A program made the position numbers and the translations under genes. Shown here one piece after another: positions 24,575 through 32,000 of a stretch of DNA of 32,000 nucleotides. Source of the stretch: Pseudomonadota bacterium (lineage in GTDB: Bacteria; Pseudomonadota; Alphaproteobacteria; Parvibaculales; Parvibaculaceae). The notes under the pieces are model-generated. The model searched no databases, was not told the origin of the DNA, and worked only from the letters and a program-made list of their open reading frames with translations. Where the stretch lies: the NCBI GenBank assembly GCA_040390855.1, contig JAZJXO010000031.1, positions 39,088-71,087 of the forward strand. Reading direction: 5' to 3'. Each line of letters opens with the position of its first letter. The first letter of the stretch is position 1.

Positions 24575-26908
24575 ATGGATCACGACCATTCACACGCAAA
24601 GCCCACAATTCCAGCAGGTGCCAAAACGGCCAAGGACCCGGTCTGCGGTATGACGGTGGCGATCGGGCCCGATACGCGCCACGCGGAGTTCCAGGGCAAG
24701 GTCTTCCATTTTTGCTCTGAAAAATGCCAGACGAAGTTCGAGGCGGATCGGTGGTTCTACGCCTCGGGTCGAGCGGCTGGGCGCAAGAAGGCCGCTCCGG
24801 CCGACGTTCAGTACACCTGCCCGATGCACCCCGAGATCGTACGCGATGCGCCCGGCGCTTGTCCGATCTGCGGTATGGCGCTCGAACCGATGTTGCCCTC
24901 AGACGAGCCCAGTAAAGAACTCACCGATTTTACCCGCCGGATGTGGATTTCGGCAGTAGCGGCGGTGCCGCTTGTCATCCTGACGATGGGCGAATTGGTT
25001 GCTCTGCCGGTACGAGACTGGATCGGGCATCAGACAGCCAGTTATCTCGAGTTTGTGCTTGCGACGCCGATCATTCTTTGGGCGGCTCTACCATTCTTCA
25101 AGCGTGGTTGGGACTCTGTGGTGAACCGGTCGCCGAACATGTGGACGTTGATCAGCCTTGGCGTGGCGGCGGCCTATCTCTACTCACTGGTGGCGACTTT
25201 TTTGCCGGGTGTTTTCCCGGATGTCTATCGAATGGGCCAGGGCGTCGGCACCTACTTCGAGGCGGCGGTTGTGATCGTGGCGCTGGTCTTCGTTGGTCAA
25301 GTGCTCGAACTGCGCGCCCGCGAACGCACCGGCGACGCGATCCGTGCACTTTTGGACCTCGCGCCTAAGACCGCCCGACGCATCCTCCCCGACGGCACGG
25401 AATACGACGCGCCGCTAGAAAATGTCATGGAAGGCGACCGGTTGCGCGTCCGCCCGGGTGATGCTGTCCCGGTCGATGGAACGGTGATCGAGGGGCGCTC
25501 GTCTCTGGACGAGAGCATGCTGACTGGCGAGTCGATGCCGATCGAAAAGGGTCCTGGCGATGCAGTGACGGGGGCCACAATCAATAAGAACGGCAGCCTC
25601 GTGATCGAAGCTGGCAAGGTTGGGGCCGACACGGTGCTGTCGCAGATCGTGGCGATGGTGTCGAATGCGCGCCGGTCTCGCGCACCCATTCAGGGATTGG
25701 CTGACCGGGTCTCGGCTGTGTTCGTCCCGACTGTGTTGGCCATCGCGATTGTCGCATTCGTTGCCTGGATGATCTTCGGTCCAGAACCCGCGCTAATCTT
25801 TGCTATCGCCGCGGCGGTTTCGGTGTTGATCATCGCCTGTCCTTGCGCGCTTGGATTGGCGACACCGATCTCGATCACTACGGCAGCAGGGCGCGGCGCG
25901 CAGGCGGGTGTTCTGATCAAGGATGCCGAGGCTCTGGAACGCATGGCGGCCGTCGATACGTTAATCGTCGACAAGACTGGCACGTTGACCATGGGCAGGC
26001 CAAAGCTGACCGACACCATCACGCTGGGGGATATGCTGGACGTCGACTTATTGTCCCTTGCTGCAGCGCTGGAACGTGGATCAGAGCACCCTTTGGCTGA
26101 GGCGATCGTTGAGGGGGCCGAAACGCAAGGCGCCACTCGTCAGGAAGCCGCAGATTTCGAAGCGGTCACCGGTAAGGGCGTGCGCGGCAAGGTAGGCGGA
26201 CACACAGTGGCGCTTGGCAATGCCGCGATGATGCAGGAGATGGGGCTAGATACAGCCCAGGCAGAAGCAAAGGCGGATACTCTACGTGCGATGGGCAAGA
26301 CCGCGATGTTCGTCGCGGTCGATGGTGCGCTTGCCGGCATTGTGGCGGTGGCCGATCCAATCAAGGACTCGACTGCGCTGGCGATCAAGGAACTTCATGC
26401 GCTGGGGTTACGCATCATCATGGCGACCGGCGACAACGAACGCACGGCGCAGGCGGTGGCAGGTAAACTCGGCATCGACGAGGTGCGCGCTGGCGTGTTG
26501 CCCGAAGCCAAGAAAGACCTGATCGACCAGTTGCGTCGTGAAGGGCACAAAATTGCTATGGCGGGAGACGGGGTCAACGATGCGCCGGCACTCGCTGCAG
26601 CCGATGTCGGTATCGCCATGGGTACCGGGGCGGACGTGGCGATGGAGAGCGCGGGTATAACGCTTCTCGGCGGCGACTTGATGGGCATTGTGCGAGCGCG
26701 CAAGCTGGCCCGCGCCACCCTGCGCAACATCAAGCAGAACCTGTTCTTCGCCTTCGCCTACAACACTCTCGGCGTGCCGATCGCGGCGGGATTACTCTAT
26801 CCCGTCACCGGACTTTTACTGTCGCCAATGATCGCGGCAGCGGCAATGAGCCTGTCATCGGTGTCGGTTATCAGCAATGCACTGCGGCTGCGACGTGTCG
26901 ATCTGTAA
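24575..26908 (+). CDS. copA: Copper-translocating P1B-type ATPase with a TRASH/YHS-like motif and a YTCPMHPE-type Cys motif at the N-terminus
   Basis: CPC ([13 protein letters not shown]), [17 protein letters not shown] and MATGDN are present. The N-terminus has DPVCGMTV...FHFCSEKC and [10 protein letters not shown]...[10 protein letters not shown]. An alternative in-frame ATG at 24494 lies inside the permease gene. Confidence 0.95.
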   Translation: MDHDHSHAKPTIPAGAKTAKDPVCGMTVAIGPDTRHAEFQGKVFHFCSEKCQTKFEADRWFYASGRAAGRKKAAPADVQYTCPMHPEIVRDAPGACPICGMALEPMLPSDEPSKELTDFTRRMWISAVAAVPLVILTMGELVALPVRDWIGHQTASYLEFVLATPIILWAALPFFKRGWDSVVNRSPNMWTLISLGVAAAYLYSLVATFLPGVFPDVYRMGQGVGTYFEAAVVIVALVFVGQVLELRARERTGDAIRALLDLAPKTARRILPDGTEYDAPLENVMEGDRLRVRPGDAVPVDGTVIEGRSSLDESMLTGESMPIEKGPGDAVTGATINKNGSLVIEAGKVGADTVLSQIVAMVSNARRSRAPIQGLADRVSAVFVPTVLAIAIVAFVAWMIFGPEPALIFAIAAAVSVLIIACPCALGLATPISITTAAGRGAQAGVLIKDAEALERMAAVDTLIVDKTGTLTMGRPKLTDTITLGDMLDVDLLSLAAALERGSEHPLAEAIVEGAETQGATRQEAADFEAVTGKGVRGKVGGHTVALGNAAMMQEMGLDTAQAEAKADTLRAMGKTAMFVAVDGALAGIVAVADPIKDSTALAIKELHALGLRIIMATGDNERTAQAVAGKLGIDEVRAGVLPEAKKDLIDQLRREGHKIAMAGDGVNDAPALAAADVGIAMGTGADVAMESAGITLLGGDLMGIVRARKLARATLRNIKQNLFFAFAYNTLGVPIAAGLLYPVTGLLLSPMIAAAAMSLSSVSVISNALRLRRVDL

Positions 26909-26981
26909 CCCGTCAAGAACGATCGCCTATGTTTTGCGAGAAGACGGTTCTGATGCGTCAGCTTAGCGAGGCACTATGTTC

Positions 26982-27311
26982 TCACTGGGAACACGAAGTG
27001 CCTACAATTGTTGCCGTGGACATCGGCGTTGCAGCGGTCGCGCGCTGGGCGGTTTCCTCGGTCGAGTCTGCCGCTGGTAGAATACCTTGACCGCTTGCTT
27101 CAGAGGACCGAAGTAGCGTAACGGCCCACAAGATCGCGCTTGAAAATGTTGCAGCCGGGATCGCTGTCGCTAGGATGACCGCTGCCGTGCTGTACAAACA
27201 ATTCGCCACTATTGGCTCGAGCTTTATGATGTTTGGAAAGTTGCCGCCTACTGTGCTTGAAAACTCGAAAGCTTCCATACCCTCATAGCGACGGGGACTT
27301 AACGTGATCAC
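26982..27311 (-). CDS. Hypothetical ORF (109 codons), doubtful
   Basis: It is the only ORF in a 420-bp gap. It has one hydrophobic segment and no motif or clear RBS. Confidence 0.2.
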   Translation of the reverse strand: MITLSPRRYEGMEAFEFSSTVGGNFPNIIKLEPIVANCLYSTAAVILATAIPAATFSSAILWAVTLLRSSEASGQGILPAADSTEETAQRATAATPMSTATIVGTSCSQ

Positions 27312-27332
27312 ATCGACCTTAGAACATTTTCG

Positions 27333-27803
27333 CTAGGCGAATCCCAATGTTGCGATGGTCAAAACAACATAGCGCCCCGTCTTAGCGATTGTGACAAGCA
27401 CAAGAAACGCAGGAAACGGCTCGCGCAATACTCCGGCGATGATGGTCAGCGGATCGCCGATAATTGGCACCCAGCTTAAAAGTAGCGACCACTTTCCATA
27501 GCGCCGATACCAATTTTGCGCGCGCTCCATCTTGGTTTCACTTGCCGGAAACCAAGGGCGGTCGCGGAACCGCTCGATACCGCGTCCGAGCGACCAGTTG
27601 ATTACCGATCCTAAGGCATTGCCGACGCTTGCGACTGTAATGAGCAGCCACGGCGAATAATCTGCTAGCAACAATCCGACCAGCACCGCTTCTGACTGCA
27701 TAGGCAAGATGGTCGCAGCAGCGAACGAGGCCAAGAACAGACCCGTATAGACGGTGATATCGGTCATCACGCTGTTTTGTCCGAACCGGATTTGCAGCGG
27801 CAC
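27333..27803 (-). CDS. YqaA/DedA-family (SNARE-associated) membrane protein
   Basis: AAATILPMQSEAVLVGLL...GNALGSVINWSLGR...LLLSWVPIIGDPLTIIAG. The start is either GTG 27803 (1 nt after the MFS stop) or ATG 27767. Confidence 0.75.
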   Translation of the reverse strand: MPLQIRFGQNSVMTDITVYTGLFLASFAAATILPMQSEAVLVGLLLADYSPWLLITVASVGNALGSVINWSLGRGIERFRDRPWFPASETKMERAQNWYRRYGKWSLLLSWVPIIGDPLTIIAGVLREPFPAFLVLVTIAKTGRYVVLTIATLGFA

Positions 27804-27804
27804 G

Positions 27805-29127
27805 TCATGCCGAGCGAGGCCATTTGGGGTGTTCGCTGTCGATTACATAGGCGTGTGCGTGTCTGCGTCCGCTGCCGAAGCCAGCCGCTTCGGAGATATG
27901 TGGATGGCCTTCATCGAGCGTGTCATGGACGTGCTCGATCACATCAGCGTCGCGCGACGGCCAAAGCTGCATCGCTACGAACACAGATACAGCCGCCGTC
28001 AGGCCGAGCGCGGCAAAGGTGAAAGGCAATCCGGCTGTGGCACCGAGCCAACCGGCAACAGGATAGGTAATCAGCCAACAGGCATGAGAAAGCGCAAACT
28101 GCGCAGCAAAAAGTGCGGGCCTATCCTCTGGCCGCGAAGATCGGCGCAATAGCCGCCCGGAAGGCGTTTGCGCTAGCGAGTAGCCTAAGCCAAGGACGAA
28201 CCAGAGCGGCAACAACCATCCGAAACTTGGTACCTGTGTGCCGACAAATAATCCGATGACGAGAACACTGGCACCGGCGAGCATAGCTTTCCGATCCGGC
28301 ATGTCGTCCAGAAGGCGAGGCAGGAGCAGCGCGGCGATCATTGATCCGCTGCCGAAGGCTGCGAGGGCGATTGCCGTGGCACGTTGTGTCAGGCCAAACT
28401 CTGCCTGCACCAGCACTACAGTGTTGACGATCACCATGGAACTGGCGGCGGCTATGGCCAGATTAAGCGCGAGAAGTCCGCGCAAGCGCGGCGTGGCGAG
28501 ATAGATGCGCAAGCCGCGTGTGGTGCGATCATAGATACGACGATGCTCGATCACCTTTGGGCTCGGCAAGACGACGGATACAACAAGCGCTGCCGACGCG
28601 AGGAAACCGATTGCTGTACCTGCGAATAAATCGTGGAAGCTGATGACGGTGAGCAAAGCTGCTGCCAGCATTGGGCTGGCGACGCTTTCAAGATCATACG
28701 CCAGACGCGAGAGAGACAACGCTCGCGTGTATTCTTTTTCGTCTGGCAAGACATCGGGAATGGTTGCCTGAAAAGTCGGCGTAAATGCGGCCGATGCTGA
28801 TTGCAGTATGAAGATTAGAGCATAGACTTCCCATATCTGCGTCACAAATGGCAACAACACGGCTACCCCCGCCCGCACCAAATCAAGTGTAACGAGCATG
28901 GTTCGGCGCGGCAGGCGTTCAGCGAAAGCTGCGGCGATCGGTGCCACGCCGATATAGGCAATCATTTTGATGGCGAGAGCGGTGCCAAGCACTTTGCCCG
29001 CATCAGCACCGGCAAGGTCGTAGGCCAGCAATCCGAGCGCGACAGTGGCGAGACCCGTGCCGACAAGTGCTATGACCTGCGCCATTAAGAGGTGTCGATA
29101 AACGCGATTGGCGAGAACCTTTAGCAT
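27805..29127 (-). CDS. MFS transporter with a His-rich cytoplasmic C-terminal tail (NreB/NrsD-like putative Ni/Co exporter)
   Basis: Twelve-TM MFS pattern. The tail reads EHVHDTLDEGHPHISEAAGFGSGRRHAHAYVIDSEHPKW. It lies directly downstream of a CsoR/RcnR-family gene. Confidence 0.8.
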   Translation of the reverse strand: MLKVLANRVYRHLLMAQVIALVGTGLATVALGLLAYDLAGADAGKVLGTALAIKMIAYIGVAPIAAAFAERLPRRTMLVTLDLVRAGVAVLLPFVTQIWEVYALIFILQSASAAFTPTFQATIPDVLPDEKEYTRALSLSRLAYDLESVASPMLAAALLTVISFHDLFAGTAIGFLASAALVVSVVLPSPKVIEHRRIYDRTTRGLRIYLATPRLRGLLALNLAIAAASSMVIVNTVVLVQAEFGLTQRATAIALAAFGSGSMIAALLLPRLLDDMPDRKAMLAGASVLVIGLFVGTQVPSFGWLLPLWFVLGLGYSLAQTPSGRLLRRSSRPEDRPALFAAQFALSHACWLITYPVAGWLGATAGLPFTFAALGLTAAVSVFVAMQLWPSRDADVIEHVHDTLDEGHPHISEAAGFGSGRRHAHAYVIDSEHPKWPRSA

Positions 29128-29142
29128 GGCGGCAAAATATCC

Positions 29143-29424
29143 TCACAGGTACTTGGTGATTTCCTTGAACTCGTCGATTGAGCGGCGCTGTTCTCGCGCC
29201 AGCTTTCCAACTACTTCTTCAAGGCAATGGTCGAGGTGGTCCTGAATCAGGGTCTTCTTAGCTGAAGCGATTGCCTTTTCGACCGCATGAAGCTGTTGGG
29301 CAATGTCATGACAGGACCGTTCCGCCTCGATCATCTCGATGACGCCTTTGAGGTGTCCATCGGCGCGCTTCAGCCGATTGACGATATCGGTGTGTGTGGC
29401 ATGGAAGTGAGCATGATCGTTCAT
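29143..29424 (-). CDS. CsoR/RcnR/InrS-family metal-sensing repressor (DUF156), 93 aa
   Basis: RLKRADGHLKGVIEMIE, with ligand positions C38, H63 and C67 (x-C-H-C) and a His-rich N-terminus (H4, H6, H8, H11). The metal (Cu versus Ni/Co) is not decidable from sequence alone. Confidence 0.9.
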   Translation of the reverse strand: MNDHAHFHATHTDIVNRLKRADGHLKGVIEMIEAERSCHDIAQQLHAVEKAIASAKKTLIQDHLDHCLEEVVGKLAREQRRSIDEFKEITKYL

Positions 29425-29425
29425 G

Positions 29426-29462
29426 ACTTGATACTATCCCCCCGGGGGGGATAGTATCAAGT
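29426..29462. promoter_or_regulatory. 37-bp perfect palindrome ACTTGATACTATCCCCCC-G-GGGGGGATAGTATCAAGT: CsoR/RcnR-type operator embedded in two symmetric divergent promoters
   Basis: 18-bp perfect arms around one central G. AT-rich ends flanking a C6/G7 tract are the known architecture of CsoR/RcnR operators. TTGATA-N18-TAGTAT can be read on both strands. Confidence 0.65.
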
Positions 29463-29530
29463 TGCCAGTTGGCAAGAAAATTCCGAAGTGACAATTGTTT
29501 TGTAAGAGATTGAGTTAATAGTCGTTGAGA

Positions 29531-29920
29531 ATGTCGAATTGGTTCCACAGCACAGTTTTTTGCCTCGTCATCGCCTTCGCGATGACGCTCGGGACATTGT
29601 CGTCCACAATCGCAATCTCCGCCTCACACAATCCAATTACGCTCGCCGCAGCCCAAGCGGCCCGTCATGCCGAACTGGCGGTACAGGTTGAGGCTCACGG
29701 GCACGATCATGACGACGGCATTGAAGACGAACAAAACCCCGGTCATACCCACGGACATAATCAGGCTGATCATACTCACGAGACTGCAAGCGCGCTGCCG
29801 ACCCTCGCACAGCCTGTGCGACCGATAGGACAGAGCTGGTTGGTCCCTGCGTCCGTGTTTGCCGACCTTGACACACGCTTCCGATTAGAACGCCCACCGA
29901 GATTGACCATCATTGCCTGA
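29531..29920 (+). CDS. Secreted His-rich protein, 129 aa (hypothetical metal-binding)
   Basis: Signal peptide (FCLVIAFAMTLGTLSSTIAISA), then EAHGHDHDDGIEDEQNPGHTHGHNQADHTHE. It is the first gene rightward of the palindrome. Confidence 0.55.
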   Translation: MSNWFHSTVFCLVIAFAMTLGTLSSTIAISASHNPITLAAAQAARHAELAVQVEAHGHDHDDGIEDEQNPGHTHGHNQADHTHETASALPTLAQPVRPIGQSWLVPASVFADLDTRFRLERPPRLTIIA

Positions 29921-29968
29921 TCGCGGCCACTCGTGTGGCCACCCTCAAAGATGACGATTGGAAATCTC

Positions 29969-30703
29969 ATGCAAGGACCCTTCTACGAGGGGCTGTTGCG
30001 CGCGCATGTTTTGCGCTGGCGGCTTGCTCTTCCCATACTTTTGGCAATTCTGACAGTGCCACTTCTCGGCGGCACGGCTATCGCGCATGCCGTTGCAGAA
30101 GGCGACAAGGGCTACATTCAGGAAATCACCGGCATCAATCTCTTGCCGTTCATCTACCTCGGCGCCAAGCACATGGTGACAGGATACGATCATATTCTGT
30201 TCCTGTTTGGCGTGATCTTCTTCCTTTATCGGATGAAGCACATCGGCCTCTACGTGAGCTTGTTCGCGCTGGGCCACTCCACCACCATGTTACTCGGCGT
30301 CTACTTCAACGTCGGAATTAATAGCTACATCATCGATGCGATCATCGGTTTCTCTGTCGTCTACAAAGCCCTCGACAATATGGGTGCCTTCCAACGCTGG
30401 CTCGGTGTTCAACCGAACACCAAGATCGCGACGCTGATCTTTGGCTTTTTCCATGGCTTCGGCCTTTCGACAAAGATTATCGAGTACGACATCTCTCCCG
30501 ATGGGTTGGTGCCAAATCTCCTTGCCTTCAATGTCGGGGTCGAAATTGGCCAACTGCTCGCACTTGCTGTCATCCTGATCGTTATGGGTTACTGGCGGCG
30601 GACAACGAGCTTCTGGCGTCACGCTTACACCGCAAACACTGCCATTATGACTGCCGGGTTCGTGCTGATTGGATATCAGCTCACCGGCTGGGTCATCTCT
30701 TGA
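29969..30703 (+). CDS. HupE/UreJ-like membrane protein (HupE_UreJ_2 type)
   Basis: Signal peptide, then LGAKHMVTGYDHILFLFGVIFF and GFFHGFGLS motifs with about 6 TM segments. The start could be 29951 or 29969. Confidence 0.75.
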   Translation: MQGPFYEGLLRAHVLRWRLALPILLAILTVPLLGGTAIAHAVAEGDKGYIQEITGINLLPFIYLGAKHMVTGYDHILFLFGVIFFLYRMKHIGLYVSLFALGHSTTMLLGVYFNVGINSYIIDAIIGFSVVYKALDNMGAFQRWLGVQPNTKIATLIFGFFHGFGLSTKIIEYDISPDGLVPNLLAFNVGVEIGQLLALAVILIVMGYWRRTTSFWRHAYTANTAIMTAGFVLIGYQLTGWVIS

Positions 30704-30726
30704 ACATCCGCAAAAGGAAACTTCGA

Positions 30727-31383
30727 ATGTACAATACCGACATCCCGACCCGCGCCGAACTGCCAACATCTAAGCAGCTTCTTCGCTCCACTTTCATCGC
30801 CATCGTCTCAGCTGTGGTGATCCTCGTAACCGTCGTCCTACCAGCAGAATATGCCATCGATCCAACCGGCATTGGACGCTCGCTTGGCTTGGCTAAAATG
30901 GCCGAGATCAAAATCCAGCTCAAAGAAGAGGCGGAGCTGGATCGCGCACGTATCCAGAAAGATAGCGCACCTGCTGGGATACCTTCGAAGGACGAGCGAT
31001 CAAGCCTGCTGGGGAATATCTTTGCACAACTCGTGATCGGCTCGGCTGCTGCGCAAGAAGCCTTGGCCGCGCGATCCGATGAAGTCTCAGTCACCTTGAA
31101 GCCGGGCGAAAGCGCGGAAATTAAGCTGACGATGAATGCGGATGCCCGGGCGAACTTTTCTTGGACAGCTGCGGGTGGCGTAGTGAACTTCGACTTGCAC
31201 GGCGATGGCGATGGGCAATCGACGAGCTACGAAAGAGGCCGTGCCGTTTCTAGTGCCAAGGGAGTGCTGGAAGCAGCCTTCGATGGCAATCATGGTTGGT
31301 TCTGGCGTAATCGTGGACAGGCAGACGTAACAATCACGTTGCGCACAAATGGCGATTACGCCGACATCAAGCAGATGTTCTGA
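30727..31383 (+). CDS. Single-pass membrane-anchored protein with a C-terminal beta-rich domain, 218 aa
   Basis: ATG at 30727 preceded by AAGGAA. One TM segment (FIAIVSAVVILVTVVL). The C-terminus reads VSVTLKPGESAEIKLTM...FSWTA...FDLHGDG...GWFWRNRG. Confidence 0.6.
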   Translation: MYNTDIPTRAELPTSKQLLRSTFIAIVSAVVILVTVVLPAEYAIDPTGIGRSLGLAKMAEIKIQLKEEAELDRARIQKDSAPAGIPSKDERSSLLGNIFAQLVIGSAAAQEALAARSDEVSVTLKPGESAEIKLTMNADARANFSWTAAGGVVNFDLHGDGDGQSTSYERGRAVSSAKGVLEAAFDGNHGWFWRNRGQADVTITLRTNGDYADIKQMF

Positions 31384-31394
31384 ATACGCCCTAT

Positions 31395-31423
31395 GAACCC
31401 GCTGCCGCTGTGGCGGCGGGTTC
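31395..31423. terminator. 12-bp GC-rich hairpin after the anchored-protein gene (possible terminator, no U-tract)
   Basis: GAACCCGCTGCC-GCTGT-GGCGGCGGGTTC with one G-T pair, 12 nt after the stop codon. Neither side has a T-run. Confidence 0.35.
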
Positions 31424-31563
31424 AAATTGTCGGACTGAGCAAGCAATCAAAGTTTGTCTTGTGAGCGTATTTTACAAGAATCAAGTAAATGGTTCTATGA
31501 TTTATTTCAGCGGAGCCGCCATGAGACTTTACGCCTTCAGTTGTGACTCTATTCCATTGATCT

Positions 31564-32000
31564 CTATTCCAAGCTGAAGGGGATTGTCACTGTTGAAGTG
31601 CGAAGGTCTTTCAAAATCGTAATTTCATAGTTTCTCGGATACTTCGCGTGGTCCACAGTCGCGGAAATTGCTTTGCCTTTGCTCTGTTGCTCGGCCAAAC
31701 CAATAGCGCCCTCAAGTGTTATCTTTGAACGCTCGATATATTTTTTCTGAGATATGACCTGACGTTTTGCCTGCTGATTCCACTTGAACTTTGAGGACAC
31801 GACAGCACCAGAGTTCGCATCGATAGTAACTCTTTTCGTAGAACTTTTGCTGATTAACTTCACCACGTATACGGGCCCACTGGAAGTCGTTTTGCCAACA
31901 ACTTCGGAAGGGGTTCCGCTAACTTGCTTGCGCGCAATCTCGACAGCTTGTGCAAGTGATAATTCAGTATTGAGCGAAACTTGATTGTTCGACGGTGTGG
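31564..32000 (-). CDS. PepSY-domain protein (two PepSY-like repeats), 5' end beyond the right edge
   Basis: The frame stays open upstream of the ORF-track GTG at 31866, all the way to the window edge (..LSLAQAVEIARKQVSGTPSEVVGKTTSSGPVYVVKL..). A second repeat reads ITLEGAIGLAEQQSKGKAISATVD...YEITIL. Confidence 0.6.
   Translation of the reverse strand, partial: TPSNNQVSLNTELSLAQAVEIARKQVSGTPSEVVGKTTSSGPVYVVKLISKSSTKRVTIDANSGAVVSSKFKWNQQAKRQVISQKKYIERSKITLEGAIGLAEQQSKGKAISATVDHAKYPRNYEITILKDLRTSTVTIPFSLE

Larger units (their letters stand above)
20764..32000. other. Metal (Cu and Ni/Co type) homeostasis gene island; extends beyond the right edge
   Basis: Clustering of CopA, Met-rich and His-rich proteins, a CsoR/RcnR regulator, an MFS with a His-rich tail, and HupE/UreJ-like and PepSY genes. 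Composition is visibly more AT-rich than the dnaG-rpoD region. Confidence 0.5.

Noticed and set aside
1-32000. Scan for CRISPR arrays, rRNA genes, IS elements with terminal inverted repeats, retron or group II intron reverse transcriptases, and riboswitches upstream of the metal genes.
   Set aside because: No regularly spaced direct repeats, no rRNA-like sequence, and no transposase or RT motifs appear in any long ORF. The leaders of the metal operons are too short or unstructured to support a riboswitch call by eye.

Overview
The window looks like an alphaproteobacterial (Rhizobiales-like) chromosome segment with three parts. (1) Bases 1-6.9 kb are core genome. They hold the 3' part of dnaG, rpoD with a clear terminator, a small AT-richer two-ORF insert, a ParA-like ATPase coupled to a ribbon-helix-helix gene, a SIMPL/BP26-like periplasmic protein, and a tRNA with a CAU anticodon. 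(2) An integrated element starts directly 3' of the tRNA, at about 6.9 kb, and runs to about 19.8 kb. It carries a large serine recombinase with DUF2924 and DUF3489 partners, an orphan 438-aa ORF, and a three-gene Lamassu / ABC-three-component type defence operon (restriction-endonuclease-fold effector, small middle protein, Rad50/SMC-like ATPase). It also carries a packaging-only phage module (ParB-fused DNA methyltransferase, DUF5681 small-terminase-like protein, large terminase) with no portal, capsid or tail genes, and an XRE regulator. (3) Bases 20.8-32 kb are a metal-homeostasis island. It holds a DUF5676-like protein, a Met-rich membrane protein, an APC permease packed against a CopA-type P1B ATPase that has non-classical N-terminal metal-binding domains, YqaA, and an MFS exporter with a His-rich tail. 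It also holds a CsoR/RcnR-family repressor with a 37-bp perfect palindrome in a divergent promoter region, a His-rich secreted protein, a HupE/UreJ-like protein, a membrane-anchored protein, and a PepSY protein that runs off the right edge. I saw no rRNA, CRISPR array or recognisable IS element. All functional calls come from reading motifs in the translations; no database search was possible. The best candidates for something new are the defence operon with its orphan neighbour, the structural-gene-less terminase island, and the palindrome-controlled Ni/Co/Cu cluster.
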